A stretch of DNA of 64,000 nt from assembly GCA_016712285.1 (NCBI GenBank), contig JADJRK010000001.1:2113098-2177097 (forward strand), read 5' to 3'. Below are positions 6,211-16,277 of the stretch, piece by piece. The position numbers were made by a program, and so were the translations under genes. The notes under the pieces were generated by a model, which saw only the letters and a list, made by a program, of their open reading frames with translations, made no database searches and was not told the DNA's origin. The DNA comes from Planctomycetota bacterium (GTDB taxonomy: Bacteria; Planctomycetota; UBA8742; UBA2392). Within the stretch, counting starts at the first letter, position 1. Each line of letters starts with the position of its first letter.

Positions 6211-6909
6211 CTAGTCAAACAGAGACTCGTAGGGCGAGTAGCCTGCCAGCGGACCAAGATCCTGGTCGTGGCGCATGTGCCGCATGTTGTCGTAGCCGCG
6301 GGCGCGGGCAAGCTTCAGCCATCGCACGGCACGCTGCTTCTCGGTATCGGCTGTGACAGCGCTGCGAAGGCGGGCGTACACTGCCGCGCGCTGGGCGTGA
6401 ATGCAGGCCAGTTGATAGGCGCTGCACTCGCTACGGCGGGTGTTTTCGGCGCGGGTGGCGACTTCATATGCGCGTTCCAGGTCGCGATCCGCACCGGCCA
6501 CGTCGTCGCCCGCAAGGCGGCACGCGGCACGGCCCGTCAAGGCATCAATGGCAGCCGTCGCGTCCTCCTGCTGCTCGGCCAGCAGCAGTGCCTGCGAGTA
6601 TCGCTCTGTCGACTCATCGGTGCGCTCGGCGCCGCGCAGCGCGTAGGCAAGGTACAGCGTGGCCCACGTATCATTGACATCGCGGGCTGCAAGCCGCTCG
6701 GCAATCTGGATCGCCTCGTCATGGCGCCCGGAAATGGCGTGGTCGTAAAGTTCTTCGCGAGCGGCGTCGTCTTGCGGTGCCTGCTCGCAGTCCATGAAGC
6801 AATCCGAAGACCGCAACGGGCAATGCGTACGATCCGCGACGTGGCCCAGCAGCGCTGCGACTGCCAGTGAGATGATGCTGAGACCAAGGTAAACCCGCGA
6901 GCGGCGCAT
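6211..6909 (-). CDS. secreted TPR-like hypothetical protein
   Basis: Signal-peptide-like MRRSRVYLGLSIISLAVAALLG; helical Ala/Arg-rich repeats. Confidence 0.45.
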   Translation of the reverse strand: MRRSRVYLGLSIISLAVAALLGHVADRTHCPLRSSDCFMDCEQAPQDDAAREELYDHAISGRHDEAIQIAERLAARDVNDTWATLYLAYALRGAERTDESTERYSQALLLAEQQEDATAAIDALTGRAACRLAGDDVAGADRDLERAYEVATRAENTRRSECSAYQLACIHAQRAAVYARLRSAVTADTEKQRAVRWLKLARARGYDNMRHMRHDQDLGPLAGYSPYESLFD

Positions 6910-6964
6910 GGTGTGCTCCTGCAAACAGGCTAGCACGCGCCGCGCCGGAAAGGAAACGAATCTG

Positions 6965-7789
6965 TCAGGCGACGCGCACCGTCTGGAAAATCGATTGCAG
7001 CGTTTTCAAAACGCCCGGCAGTTCGGCCAGCGGAATCATGTTGGGGCCGTCGGAAAGCGCCTTGTCAGGCTCAGGATGCGTTTCGGCAAAAATGCCGTCG
7101 GCGCCGGCTGCCACGGCTGCGCGCGCGAGCACGGGCGCAAACTCGCGCTGGCCGCCGCTCTTGTCGCCCGAGCCGCCGGGAAGCTGTACACTGTGGGTCG
7201 CGTCAAACACCACCGGGCACCCGGTGCGCTGCATGATCGGGATGCTGCGCATGTCGGACACAAGGTTGTTGTAGCCAAAGCTGGCGCCGCGCTCGGTCAG
7301 CATGACGCGGCCTTCGGCGCCGAAGGTGTTCATCTTCGACACAACCTGGGCCATGTCCCATGGCGCGAGAAACTGGCCTTTCTTCACGTTGACGGTCTTG
7401 CCGTGCTTTACAGCCGCGTTGGCAGCGGCCTCGAGCAAGTCCGTCTGCCGGCACAGAAACGCCGGGATCTGCAGCACGTCAATCGCCTGGGCCGCAGGCT
7501 CGCAATGCTCGGGCAGGTGCACATCTGTCAGCACGGGCACCGCAAACTCTTTGCCGATGGATTCAAGCTGCTTCAGGCCTTCGTCTATACCCGGGCCCCG
7601 GAAAGACTTGCCGCTGGTGCGGTTGGCCTTGTCGAAGCTGGCTTTGAAGATGTAGGCGATGTTCAACTCGGCGCATGCGGCTTTGACGCGTTGCGCGATG
7701 ACGCGGGGCACGTCGGCGTTCTCAAGCACGCAGGGGCCCGCGATCAGAAACAGGTTTCGACCATCAAGCGTAAGTGGGCCTACCTTCAT
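6965..7789 (-). CDS. kdsA: 2-dehydro-3-deoxyphosphooctonate aldolase (KDO8P synthase)
   Basis: 274 aa; KdsA motifs LFLIAGPCVLE, KASFDKANRTS, DATHSVQLPGG. Confidence 0.9.
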   Translation of the reverse strand: MKVGPLTLDGRNLFLIAGPCVLENADVPRVIAQRVKAACAELNIAYIFKASFDKANRTSGKSFRGPGIDEGLKQLESIGKEFAVPVLTDVHLPEHCEPAAQAIDVLQIPAFLCRQTDLLEAAANAAVKHGKTVNVKKGQFLAPWDMAQVVSKMNTFGAEGRVMLTERGASFGYNNLVSDMRSIPIMQRTGCPVVFDATHSVQLPGGSGDKSGGQREFAPVLARAAVAAGADGIFAETHPEPDKALSDGPNMIPLAELPGVLKTLQSIFQTVRVA

Positions 7790-7816
7790 CCGTCGTTCCG
7801 GTACAAGCAGCGGTTG

Positions 7817-7849
7817 ACCAATAACCCATTCCCAATGGCCAATGCAAGG
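7817..7849. repeat. tandem heptamer repeat (CCAATNN)x4 in the kdsA upstream region
   Basis: CCAATAA CCCATTC CCAATGG CCAATGC; same heptamer family as the repeat upstream of cca at 45046. Confidence 0.45.
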
Positions 7850-7885
7850 GGCGGGCAGCCCCCATGCTCTGCGCTTCAGGCGTGA

Positions 7886-8491
7886 TTACTGAACAGCCGG
7901 GTAGTCACCGATGCGCTCGGCCTCAAAGACCACCTGGTTGGTCGCGCCCTTGCGTGACTCGACCGTCTTGCCGCCCTTGAACGGGCTTACGGTGCGCACT
8001 CCCTTGAGCGGGAACTCTTTGCCCTCGGGGTCGCTGGTCCACTCGGCGACCTTGGTGTCGCCGCCGCGACGGTCCCACACTTCAACCACGAGCTTGTCGC
8101 CCGGCTGCCACGTGCACTCAAAGGGACGGTCCGACCACTGTGCAGTCAGCTCAACCTCGCCGACGGTGCCGATGCGTTCGCCCCACTGTTCGCTGTCCCA
8201 TACCTTGTGTTCTTTGCCCTCGGCATCGACGCGCTTGACGTAGACCTGCAGGTCGATCTTTTCGCCGTCCTTGAACTCTTGCGGGTCCAGCGCCACTTTC
8301 ATCACCTTGACCTTGTATATGCCGCTCTGGTCAACTCCCTCGGCGCCCTTCTTGAAGAACCCGGAAACCAGCGGGCCAATCACCGGCAAATCCGGCTTGA
8401 AGTAGCCGGCGGCAATCACGCCCACGACCAGCAGCAGCAGGACCAGCAGGATGGTGCCGCCCTTGCCCTTTTTCTTTTCAGGTTTGCCCAT
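7886..8491 (-). CDS. hypothetical N-terminally membrane-anchored protein
   Basis: 201 aa; basic N-terminus then TM helix ILLVLLLLVVGVIAAG. Confidence 0.55.
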   Translation of the reverse strand: MGKPEKKKGKGGTILLVLLLLVVGVIAAGYFKPDLPVIGPLVSGFFKKGAEGVDQSGIYKVKVMKVALDPQEFKDGEKIDLQVYVKRVDAEGKEHKVWDSEQWGERIGTVGEVELTAQWSDRPFECTWQPGDKLVVEVWDRRGGDTKVAEWTSDPEGKEFPLKGVRTVSPFKGGKTVESRKGATNQVVFEAERIGDYPAVQ

Positions 8492-8523
8492 GAGAGCCTC
8501 TTTTCGGGTTGCGAGTCAGCGCT

Positions 8524-8550
8524 GATTGTAACTTTGATTCGTGGCGATTG
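8524..8550. promoter_or_regulatory. GATTG/GATTC direct repeats x3 in the divergent promoter region (candidate MocR-type operator)
   Basis: ctGATTGtaactttGATTCgtggcGATTGcgg lying between divergent genes 7886-8491 (-) and 8665-10152 (+). Confidence 0.3.
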
Positions 8551-8664
8551 CGGGTTCAGGCAGTCTGAACGCCCAAAGAAGTGTGACTGTGCCGACAATC
8601 AGAAATTCGGCAAGAAAGTGGCCCCGCAGTTTGTTCAAATGACACCCAACACACTGGGCCTCTT

Positions 8665-10152
8665 ATGCCGGACCTCCTGGTTGACATCGAAACCGCCCGC
8701 GACGGCACGCCGCTGTACCAGCGCATTGCCGACAGCATTCGCGCCGACGTGCTTGCGGGCCGCCTGCACCGCGGCGAGCGCGTACCCAGCACCCGCAGCC
8801 TTGCGCGCGAACTGAAGGTCAACCGCAACACCGTTGCCCAGGCCTACGATCAGCTGATTGCCGAGGGCTTTTTGGCTGGCAAACACGGCAGCGGCACATT
8901 CGTGGCCGATGAGCTGCCACAAGCCAACTTCAGTGTTCGCACCGCGCAAAAACAGCAACAGCCCCTGCGCCGCGTCGCGCTTGCCAACTCGCCCGCGCCG
9001 CCGCCGTTTTACCAGCGCGTGCTGGCGCCCGAGAACCCGCAGCCGCCGGCGCCGGGCTATCTGGACCTGCGACTTGGGGCGCCGGACATTGACGCCTTTC
9101 CGTTGCGGCAATGGCGGAGGGTCGTCGGCAACCAGCTGCTGGTGACGCGCCGCTACCGCATGAACTATGGCAGCGCATACGGCTTGCAGGAACTTCGCGA
9201 GGCCATTGCCGCATACCTGGGCCGCGCGCGCGGCATTGACTGCACGCACCGCAACGTGCTGATCACGTCCGGCAGCCAGCAGGGGTTGTGGCTGGCGACT
9301 TCGCTGCTGGTCGGCGCGGGCGACCAGGTGCTGATGGAAGACCCGGGCTATCTTGGCGCTGCCAGCATCTTTCGCGCGGTTCGCGCAGACTTGCGGCCGG
9401 TGCCCGTGGACAGCGAAGGCGCCCAACCGGCGGCCGTGGCGCGCATGCTTGAGAAGGGGGTGCGGCCCAAACTGTTGCATCTGACGCCCAGTCACCAGTA
9501 CCCGACGGGGGTGTCGCTTTCCGCGGGTCGGCGCATGGAAATGCTTGAGCTTGCGGCGCGTCACGGGTTCATGATTGTGGAAGACGACTACGACAGCGAG
9601 TTCCGGTACGAGGGCCGCCCCCTGCGAGCGCTGGCGGGCATCGACCAGTCGGGCGTGGTCATTTATGTGGGCAGCTTCAGCAAGGTGATGTACCCGAGCC
9701 TGCGGGTCGGGTTCGTGGTCGCGCCGGATTGGCTGATTGAGGCAATGGTCGGCTTGCGCTGGCACATTGACTTCATGCCGCCGATGCTGGAAAGCGCCGC
9801 GCTGGCACAATTCATCGCCGACGGCGACTTTGAACGTCACCTGCGACGCATGCGGTCGCAGTATGCCGACAAGCGCAAGGCGCTGGTCGATGTCTTGCAT
9901 GACAAGTTGCCGGGTGTCGCGCCTGCAACGCTGCCGCCGGGTGGCATGAAGCTGTTGCTCAATGTCCCGCCGAAACTGACGCGCGAGCAGGCGCGCGAAA
10001 GGGCCCACAAGGCAGGCGTGAGAGTCTATGACCAGAGCGCGTGCCACTTCGAGCCGGGCAAGGCGCCGAACGTGCTGACAATCGGCTTCACATCGCTGCC
10101 GCTGGCCCAGGTTGTGGAAGCCGGCGAGCGGCTGGCCGCTGCATGGACGTAA
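8665..10152 (+). CDS. MocR/GntR-family transcriptional regulator with PLP-dependent aminotransferase-like domain
   Basis: 495 aa; N-terminal winged HTH (LYQRIADSIRADVLAGRL...PSTRSLARELKVNRNTV); C-terminal fold-type I aminotransferase domain (SFSKVMYPSLRVGFVV). Confidence 0.85.
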   Translation: MPDLLVDIETARDGTPLYQRIADSIRADVLAGRLHRGERVPSTRSLARELKVNRNTVAQAYDQLIAEGFLAGKHGSGTFVADELPQANFSVRTAQKQQQPLRRVALANSPAPPPFYQRVLAPENPQPPAPGYLDLRLGAPDIDAFPLRQWRRVVGNQLLVTRRYRMNYGSAYGLQELREAIAAYLGRARGIDCTHRNVLITSGSQQGLWLATSLLVGAGDQVLMEDPGYLGAASIFRAVRADLRPVPVDSEGAQPAAVARMLEKGVRPKLLHLTPSHQYPTGVSLSAGRRMEMLELAARHGFMIVEDDYDSEFRYEGRPLRALAGIDQSGVVIYVGSFSKVMYPSLRVGFVVAPDWLIEAMVGLRWHIDFMPPMLESAALAQFIADGDFERHLRRMRSQYADKRKALVDVLHDKLPGVAPATLPPGGMKLLLNVPPKLTREQARERAHKAGVRVYDQSACHFEPGKAPNVLTIGFTSLPLAQVVEAGERLAAAWT

Positions 10153-10176
10153 GCCCCGGGCTGAACCCCGGGGCTT
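10151..10176. terminator. bidirectional hairpin between convergent MocR and rne genes
   Basis: AAGCCCCGGG-CTGAA-CCCCGGGGCTT; no strong U-run on either side. Confidence 0.4.
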
Positions 10177-10202
10177 ATGGTCGCTGTTCACGCTATCGAA
10201 CG

Positions 10203-13200
10203 CTATTCCTCTTCGCGTGAGCCCTTGGACGCCGCCTTCTTCTTTGCAGGCTTCTTTGCAGGCTTCTTGGCGGTCTTCTTGGCAGCCTTCTTTGCGGGCT
10301 TCTTCTTGGCTGCCTTCTTTGCCGGCTTCTTTGCGGCCTTCTTGGCGGCCTTCTTCTTTGCTGGCTTCTTCTTTGCCATGTTGCCTTCCCCCTGTGCTTC
10401 GCTTGGTTCGTTGCCGACGGCCGTTCCGGCGGCTGGTATTGTTTCCGGCGCGGGCGGGTCTTCAGGTTCTGACCCCGTTGCCGTGTTCTTCATTAACTGG
10501 CTGATGGCGCCGGATTGTACTTTTTCCCCGCGTCCGCGCCCGCCTCTCCTGCCCCTGCGACCACGCTTCTCGCCCGGCCGGCTTTCGCCTGACTCGCCCG
10601 GCTTTGCTGCGGCACGCGGGGCTGGTGCAGTCTCGCGTATGACCTCGATGTTCAACTGGTCTGGCAGCTTGTCGCCAAAGGTCACGGCTTTGCCTGCATC
10701 TGCCTTGATGCGCTGTTCGCGGGCCATGCGTTCCTGTTCACGTTCGCGCTGTTTCTTGCCGCCGCGGCGTCGTTTGCGGCGCCGTGAATCGGCATCGGCC
10801 AGCAACTGCGCGGCCTGCGGGCTGGCTGAGCCACTGGCCACTTCGGGCACGGCCACGTTGGTGCGCGACTTGTAAACGTCGCCTTTCACAAACGTGTTGA
10901 TGCGCTGGTCCATGTCGTACAGCACTCGCACGCCGCGGTCACCAACGTAGAAAAAGCGTGACTGGCCAAGGTCAAGGTCGCGCGAGTACTCGAACACGAT
11001 GCGCTTGTCGTAGGTCGCTTCCAATTCGTCGATGTCGTCGCGGAACTCGCTGTGAAGGTGGCTCAGCACGTGCGGATGAACCTGCACTGCCAGCTCTTTC
11101 ACGCGCTCTTCGACCAGCGCCAGTTTCATGCGCCGGATCAGCGAAAGGCACGAGGTCTCGGCGCTGCGCACCATGCCGAAGCCGCCGCAGGTCGGGCAAC
11201 CCACGAACGTGTATGACTTGATGCTGGGGCGCACGCGCTGCCGCGTCATTTCCATGACGCCGAACGGTGAAAAGCGCGCGACCTTCGTGCGGGCGCGGTC
11301 TTTGCGCAATTCGCGCTTCAGCAGGTTTTCCACGTCACTGCGGTGCTTGGCGCTCATCATGTCGATGAAGTCGTTGCACACAATGCCGCCCAGATCGCGC
11401 AGCCGCAGCTGGCGACAGATCTCCGGGATCGCCTCCATGTTTGTCAGGTAGGCGGTTTTCTCTGCGTCGCCGCCGCCGGTGAACTTGCCGCTGTTGACGT
11501 CGATGCTGATCAGCGCCTCGGTCTGTTCAATGAACAGATAGCCGCCGGACTTGAGCGTGACCTTCTTGTCAAAGATGTGCTCGATCTGGCTTTCCAGGCC
11601 GTTGGCGAAGAACAGCGGGATGTCGTCTTCGTACAGTTTTACGCGGTCGCGAAAGCTGGGCATCAACTGGTCAAAGAACGCCACCACGCGATCAAACACT
11701 TCGCGGTTGTCGATGACGATCTCTTCTGTTTCAGCAGTGAAATAGTCGCGTACGGCGCGAATCGCCGGGTCGCTGTCGGTGTACAGCAGGGCAGGGGCCT
11801 CGGCTTCGTGGATGCGCTCGACGATGACGCTCCACACCTTCAGCAGATAGTTCAGGTCGCGCAGCAGGTCGTCATAGCTGCGGTCAATCGCCGCCGTCCG
11901 GATAATGACGCCCATGCCCTCGGGCACGGGCAGTTTGTCGAGCATCTTGCGCAGCTCGTTGCGGGCGCCGCCGTCTTCAATCTTGCGGCTGACGCCGCCG
12001 CGATCGCTGCTGGGCGTGAGCACCATGTAGCGGCCGGGCAGGCTGATGAACGTGCTGAGCCCCGGGCCCTTGCCGCCCTGGCTGGCCTTGGTCACCTGGA
12101 CCACGACTTCCTGGTTGCGCTTGAGGATGTTCTGAATCTTCGGCGGGCCGCGGTGATAGCGGAATTGCGGGCCGGGCACGCCGCCGCTGCCGCCGTCTGT
12201 GGGCTTGCCGTCGATGTCGCGGGTACCGCTGGCGTCGGCGTTGCCGTTGGGCTGCGGCGGTGCCGACCCGTCAAGCACGCGCTTGGGCAGGTGACCGCCC
12301 CGCTTCTTGGGTGTGCGGCGCCGGCGAGGACGCTTGGACTTGGGCTTGGCTTCAGGTGCAGCTTGCGCGCCTTGCACCAGCTCCGGCGTGGGCTTCTCCG
12401 CGGCGGGTGCGGGCTCCGTGCGGTCCGGCGTTGCCGGCACTGGCGTCGGCGTTGACTCAGGGGCTTGACCCGGTACGGGTGTGGCATGGTCAGTGCGCGG
12501 TGTGCCCGTACGGCCGTCTGGGCGTCCTTCTGCACGGCCCTCACCACGGCCGCGACCGCGGCGACCGCGGCGGCGACGGCGGCGGCGCTGTTCGGCTTCT
12601 CCGGCCACAACCGGTGTCGACGCTGCACCGCTCGATGGCGCCGGCTGCGAAGCCGCGGCCTGGGGTGCAGGCACAGCCTCGAACCTGCCCGAATCTTCGC
12701 TCGCAGGCCGGGGTTCGCCCGGGGCCTCGTGCTCAGGCATGGCGACGTTCAGTGGCGAGTCCGAGACGCGATGTCCCGCCTGCCCGGAGTCCAGGGACTC
12801 AAGAAACTGGGCTTCTTCGGGCGCCTTGCCGTTGGACTCCTGCTGCGTCGAAACAAAGTCGGCAACCTCTTCGACTTCGCGCTCACGCGCGCTGTTCAGG
12901 ATCGAGTCTTCGGGCAACTGTTCTTTGACGCGCAGCGTGCGGCTGAACAGGTCTTTGACGTTTGGCGAATTTTCGTAGGCGTAGTTGATGTCGCTGATGT
13001 GCAGAAAGCCGTTTCGCTCAAGGCCCACATCGACAAAGCTGGCCTGGATGCCGGGTTCAATGTTGTTGATGATGCCTTTGTAGATGTTGCCGACGTGCTT
13101 GAGCTGGCTTGGGCGGTCAACGAAGTACTCGAAGAGTTTCCCGTTTTCCATCACCGCGATACGGCATTCGTCGCCTTCTGCGACGTTCATAAAAATCTTA

Positions 13201-13208
13201 CGTGTCAT
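10203..13208 (-). CDS. rne: ribonuclease E (Rne) with Ala/Lys-rich histone-H1-like C-terminal tail
   Basis: Catalytic N-half MTRKIFMNVAEGDECRIAVMENGKLFEY with S1 and RNase E/G domains; start set at ATG 13208 (ORF extends to 13295); C-terminus is (AKK/PAKK)n ending KKAASKGSREEE. Confidence 0.9.
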   Translation of the reverse strand: MTRKIFMNVAEGDECRIAVMENGKLFEYFVDRPSQLKHVGNIYKGIINNIEPGIQASFVDVGLERNGFLHISDINYAYENSPNVKDLFSRTLRVKEQLPEDSILNSAREREVEEVADFVSTQQESNGKAPEEAQFLESLDSGQAGHRVSDSPLNVAMPEHEAPGEPRPASEDSGRFEAVPAPQAAASQPAPSSGAASTPVVAGEAEQRRRRRRRGRRGRGRGEGRAEGRPDGRTGTPRTDHATPVPGQAPESTPTPVPATPDRTEPAPAAEKPTPELVQGAQAAPEAKPKSKRPRRRRTPKKRGGHLPKRVLDGSAPPQPNGNADASGTRDIDGKPTDGGSGGVPGPQFRYHRGPPKIQNILKRNQEVVVQVTKASQGGKGPGLSTFISLPGRYMVLTPSSDRGGVSRKIEDGGARNELRKMLDKLPVPEGMGVIIRTAAIDRSYDDLLRDLNYLLKVWSVIVERIHEAEAPALLYTDSDPAIRAVRDYFTAETEEIVIDNREVFDRVVAFFDQLMPSFRDRVKLYEDDIPLFFANGLESQIEHIFDKKVTLKSGGYLFIEQTEALISIDVNSGKFTGGGDAEKTAYLTNMEAIPEICRQLRLRDLGGIVCNDFIDMMSAKHRSDVENLLKRELRKDRARTKVARFSPFGVMEMTRQRVRPSIKSYTFVGCPTCGGFGMVRSAETSCLSLIRRMKLALVEERVKELAVQVHPHVLSHLHSEFRDDIDELEATYDKRIVFEYSRDLDLGQSRFFYVGDRGVRVLYDMDQRINTFVKGDVYKSRTNVAVPEVASGSASPQAAQLLADADSRRRKRRRGGKKQREREQERMAREQRIKADAGKAVTFGDKLPDQLNIEVIRETAPAPRAAAKPGESGESRPGEKRGRRGRRGGRGRGEKVQSGAISQLMKNTATGSEPEDPPAPETIPAAGTAVGNEPSEAQGEGNMAKKKPAKKKAAKKAAKKPAKKAAKKKPAKKAAKKTAKKPAKKPAKKKAASKGSREEE

Positions 13209-13872
13209 GTTCTTCCAGTGCTTCCGCTTCGGTTTGCGCGTCGGCAAGGATCGTGCGGGTCTTGGTGACCAGCAACCGGTTCGGATCAAGCCCAAGAATC
13301 TGCAGCAGGTCGGATGGTTTCATACCGCCATCCTGCCCGGCCTTGAGGCGCATGTTCAGCGCCCGGGCCTCGATGCTTGCCGCAAGCGTGAACTCACGGG
13401 CATCGAAATTGCGCGCCGGCTTTTTCTCGCCGCGCGAGCGGGAGAAGGCGTGCCCGGCTTGTGCCAGGAACACTTCCAGCCGCGTCTGCAGTTCCTGCGT
13501 ATCCAGTTCAGGTGGCAGTTCGCACTCGTAATCCGCCGCGATGACGCGCGGCCTGCCGGTTGCCAGTTCAGCCTGCTTCAGCGTCAGCCCCGCGGGCATC
13601 TGCCTTGCAAGCTCGTCTACTACGAATTCCGGCGCCGGTGATTCAAGGTCGTGCTGCAGGTCGATGTCGACAATTTCGTCGAGGCTCTCGACCCCCAGCG
13701 GCAACGCAAGCGCAAACGAGACCTTCGGGTGAGGGTTGAAACCCTGTGTGTAAGCGACATTCAGCCCGGACCTGCGCAGCGCCAGCTCAAACACCCGCAT
13801 CAAGTCATGATGCGAGATGAACCTCAGCGCCCCGCGCTTTTCAAAGCGCATCCGGTAACGGCTGAAAGCCAT
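13198..13872 (-). CDS. DUF2344 (TIGR03936-type) protein commonly encoded next to RNase E
   Basis: MAFSRYRMRFEKRGALRFISHHDLMRVFELALRRSGL; start uncertain (ORF extends to 14010); 11-bp overlap with the rne start. Confidence 0.65.
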   Translation of the reverse strand: MAFSRYRMRFEKRGALRFISHHDLMRVFELALRRSGLNVAYTQGFNPHPKVSFALALPLGVESLDEIVDIDLQHDLESPAPEFVVDELARQMPAGLTLKQAELATGRPRVIAADYECELPPELDTQELQTRLEVFLAQAGHAFSRSRGEKKPARNFDAREFTLAASIEARALNMRLKAGQDGGMKPSDLLQILGLDPNRLLVTKTRTILADAQTEAEALEEHDT

Positions 13873-14012
13873 GGTCCCGTCCGCGAGGCGAAGCCCCGCC
13901 TGAGCTGGGATCCTCCGGCCTTTGGCGACAAACCGTCGCCTCCGAGCCAACGTGCTCCCGGGCTCGTGGCCCGGTATCAGTTTCTTGTGGCGGGCAAACG
14001 CCCGCCGCAAAC

Positions 14013-15110
14013 TTATTCGGGCGTCTTTGCGCGGTCTGCGCGCAACGATGCCGTGAAATCAACTTCGTTCTCAAACGTTGCGGTGAATTTGCCCTCACCG
14101 GCGATGCTTCCCTTCAGCGAATAGCTCCAGTGCACGTGCGCGGGCACGCCCTTGGCCAGGTCAAGCAACAGCGTGCCGCCCTGGAAGTCCGGCGCGCTGA
14201 ACTTGACGGTCAAGCCGTTCACCTGCGCAGTATGTTCGCGCGCCACGGGCACAGCCGTAAAGCTGAAGCGCGCGGCTGTCGGCTCAGCGATTGTGCCGTA
14301 GAGCTTTTCGAGCTTGTAGCTGACGTCGTACTCGGTGGTCGCGCCCGCCACGGCCCCCACCGGCATGCGACGACGCAGGTTGACCGTTTCGCCGATCTTC
14401 AGCTTTGCACCCGCCGGGAACTCCGGAAACAGGCCGAGCGTCAACTGCACAGGGTCCTGAAACCGGCCGGGGTAGTTGCGCTGGTCGGGCGAGTTGTAAT
14501 CAGCGAAGTAGACTTCGTCATAAAGGCGCGACTGGTCAGTGATACTGAACCACGCAACAGCCGCCGGGTCGTTCGCCTGCGTCTGACGGTTGGTGTTGAT
14601 TGTGCGTGCGTTAACGCCGTCCCAGCCGGGAATGTTGTTCACTTCTGTGCGTGACCCGTCCGGCATGACTTCGTGGAAAGTCGGCTTGATCGCGCCCATG
14701 TCTGGGCCGATGTAGCCGCTGTAGCGGGCGTCGCCGTTATCGAGCAGAAAGTTCATGCGCGCGTAGCGAACGGCAAGCCGCAGGTCAGTGCTGCCGTCGA
14801 GCACGTCTTCGTCGAGCTTGTAGTCTACGGCCGTAGCCCAATGTTCGCTGCGGCGGAAGGCGTCGGATGGCACGCCGTCGTCGCTGGTGGTGCCGCGACG
14901 CACAGCCTTGAAATCGACTTCGTAGCCGAACAGGTCACCGGCAACGCCTTTGAACTTGGGCTCAATGGCCACTTCGCCGGCGCTGGCCGTGATGTCTTTG
15001 TCCAACTGAAGGTTGGGCTTGTACAGTTCGTCCGTGACCGGCTGGGCCAGCGCAATCACCGCCGCCACGCCCACGATCAGGAAACCGCCCAGGATGAGAA
15101 CCCGCTTCAA
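14013..15110 (-). CDS. hypothetical secreted/membrane-anchored protein
   Basis: 365 aa; N-terminal signal/anchor MKRVLILGGFLIVGVAAVIALA. Confidence 0.55.
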   Translation of the reverse strand: MKRVLILGGFLIVGVAAVIALAQPVTDELYKPNLQLDKDITASAGEVAIEPKFKGVAGDLFGYEVDFKAVRRGTTSDDGVPSDAFRRSEHWATAVDYKLDEDVLDGSTDLRLAVRYARMNFLLDNGDARYSGYIGPDMGAIKPTFHEVMPDGSRTEVNNIPGWDGVNARTINTNRQTQANDPAAVAWFSITDQSRLYDEVYFADYNSPDQRNYPGRFQDPVQLTLGLFPEFPAGAKLKIGETVNLRRRMPVGAVAGATTEYDVSYKLEKLYGTIAEPTAARFSFTAVPVAREHTAQVNGLTVKFSAPDFQGGTLLLDLAKGVPAHVHWSYSLKGSIAGEGKFTATFENEVDFTASLRADRAKTPE

Positions 15111-15215
15111 CTTATGGCTCCTGTCAACAAGGCAGGGATGGTAGCGGACGAAGGGGGTGTGTCAATTGGGCGCAGCGATTCACCCGCCATGCCATTTGTG
15201 CGGCTGCAACCCCGC

Positions 15216-16118
15216 TCAAAGCTGCTCCGTCGTCTTGAAATGGACCTTGGCGACATTCACCAGCTGCGCCTTGCTGAACAGCCGCACGAATGCGCGGCCG
15301 GCTTGAAGCACGGGCCCGCCGGCGCCGGGCGGAAATTCAGTTCCGAACTCGTGACTGAGGTCTTTCAGGCCTTGCACGAATGCGGCCCGTGCCAGCACGC
15401 TCGCGGCTGCCACAGCCAGGTCGCTTTCGGCTTTCGTGCGGGTCACCAGCTTCACGCCCGCTGGTGCGGCCACCGCAGCAGCCAGCACCGCTCCGTCCCG
15501 CGCAAACTGGTCAATCAGCACGGCACGAGGGGCACCGTGGGCTTTCATGATGGCGTTGACGCACTTGCCGTGCATCTGGGCCAGCAGCACGTTCAGGTTG
15601 CCGGTCTGCCTGTAGGCCGGGTTGTACTCGCGCGGCATGAGTGACAGCACCGCGCCGCGCCCGGTTTTGTCGAGTAGACCCGCGAGTTTCTGGATCTTGC
15701 TGTCCGTGAGGCTTTTGCTGTCGGTTACGCCCGAGCCGGCCAGCTTCAACTCGGTCTCGGCGTCCAAATGATAGGCAGCCACCACCAGCGGCCCGAAAAA
15801 ATCGCCCTTGCCCGACTCATCGCCCCCGACCCGTGGCGTGCCCAACTTGAACGGGTCGCCCGATGTAACTTCGGCCAATCCGCCAGACACCGGCGCTGCC
15901 ATGCCCAGGTCGGCCGCCAGCGCCGCGGCGTCTTTGCCGCCGGGCACATGGCTGAGGCCCTTCTTGCCCGAGTACGCGTTGAGCATGGCTTTGCGGCCAC
16001 TGCGGTCAGCAAGCTCGTACTGAACGCCATAAGGAATGGTCTTCTGCGCCATGACGGCCCAGCCGGCGGCATTGACGCGGTTGATCAGGTCGGCGCAGTA
16101 CGAGGCAAAGTCGGGCAT
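15216..16118 (-). CDS. rnhC: ribonuclease HIII-like (RNase HII/HIII family)
   Basis: RNase H2-family catalytic motif GGDESGKGDFFGPLVVAA plus extra N-terminal domain; start at MPDFASYC (ORF extends to 16163). Confidence 0.7.
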   Translation of the reverse strand: MPDFASYCADLINRVNAAGWAVMAQKTIPYGVQYELADRSGRKAMLNAYSGKKGLSHVPGGKDAAALAADLGMAAPVSGGLAEVTSGDPFKLGTPRVGGDESGKGDFFGPLVVAAYHLDAETELKLAGSGVTDSKSLTDSKIQKLAGLLDKTGRGAVLSLMPREYNPAYRQTGNLNVLLAQMHGKCVNAIMKAHGAPRAVLIDQFARDGAVLAAAVAAPAGVKLVTRTKAESDLAVAAASVLARAAFVQGLKDLSHEFGTEFPPGAGGPVLQAGRAFVRLFSKAQLVNVAKVHFKTTEQL

Positions 16119-16277
16119 AGGTTGGACCAACAGAACACGAAACCAACAACTGAGCCACCACAAAATCGCACGAGCTGCGCCCGTCGGATTTGTGAATTGA
16201 CTCTACCCGCTGCAACCGCACGATACGTAGAGTTGTGGGGCAAGTGTGCTCACACCAACCAAGAGGGAGAGAGCTGT

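Noticed and set aside
4910-6214. 434-aa plus-strand ORF antisense to the EgtB/SenA-like gene
   Set aside because: Antisense GC-rich artefact; Arg/Ala-rich with no domain features. The same reasoning applies to 3025-4041 (antisense to rtcB), 1947-2837 (antisense to rtcA), 11343-12455 and 12465-13268 (antisense to rne), and 36167-37111.
8635-10191. 518-aa ORF antisense to the MocR/GntR regulator gene
   Set aside because: Fully overlaps a confidently recognised gene on the other strand; long antisense ORFs are expected at ~67% GC; Arg/Ala-rich low-complexity translation.
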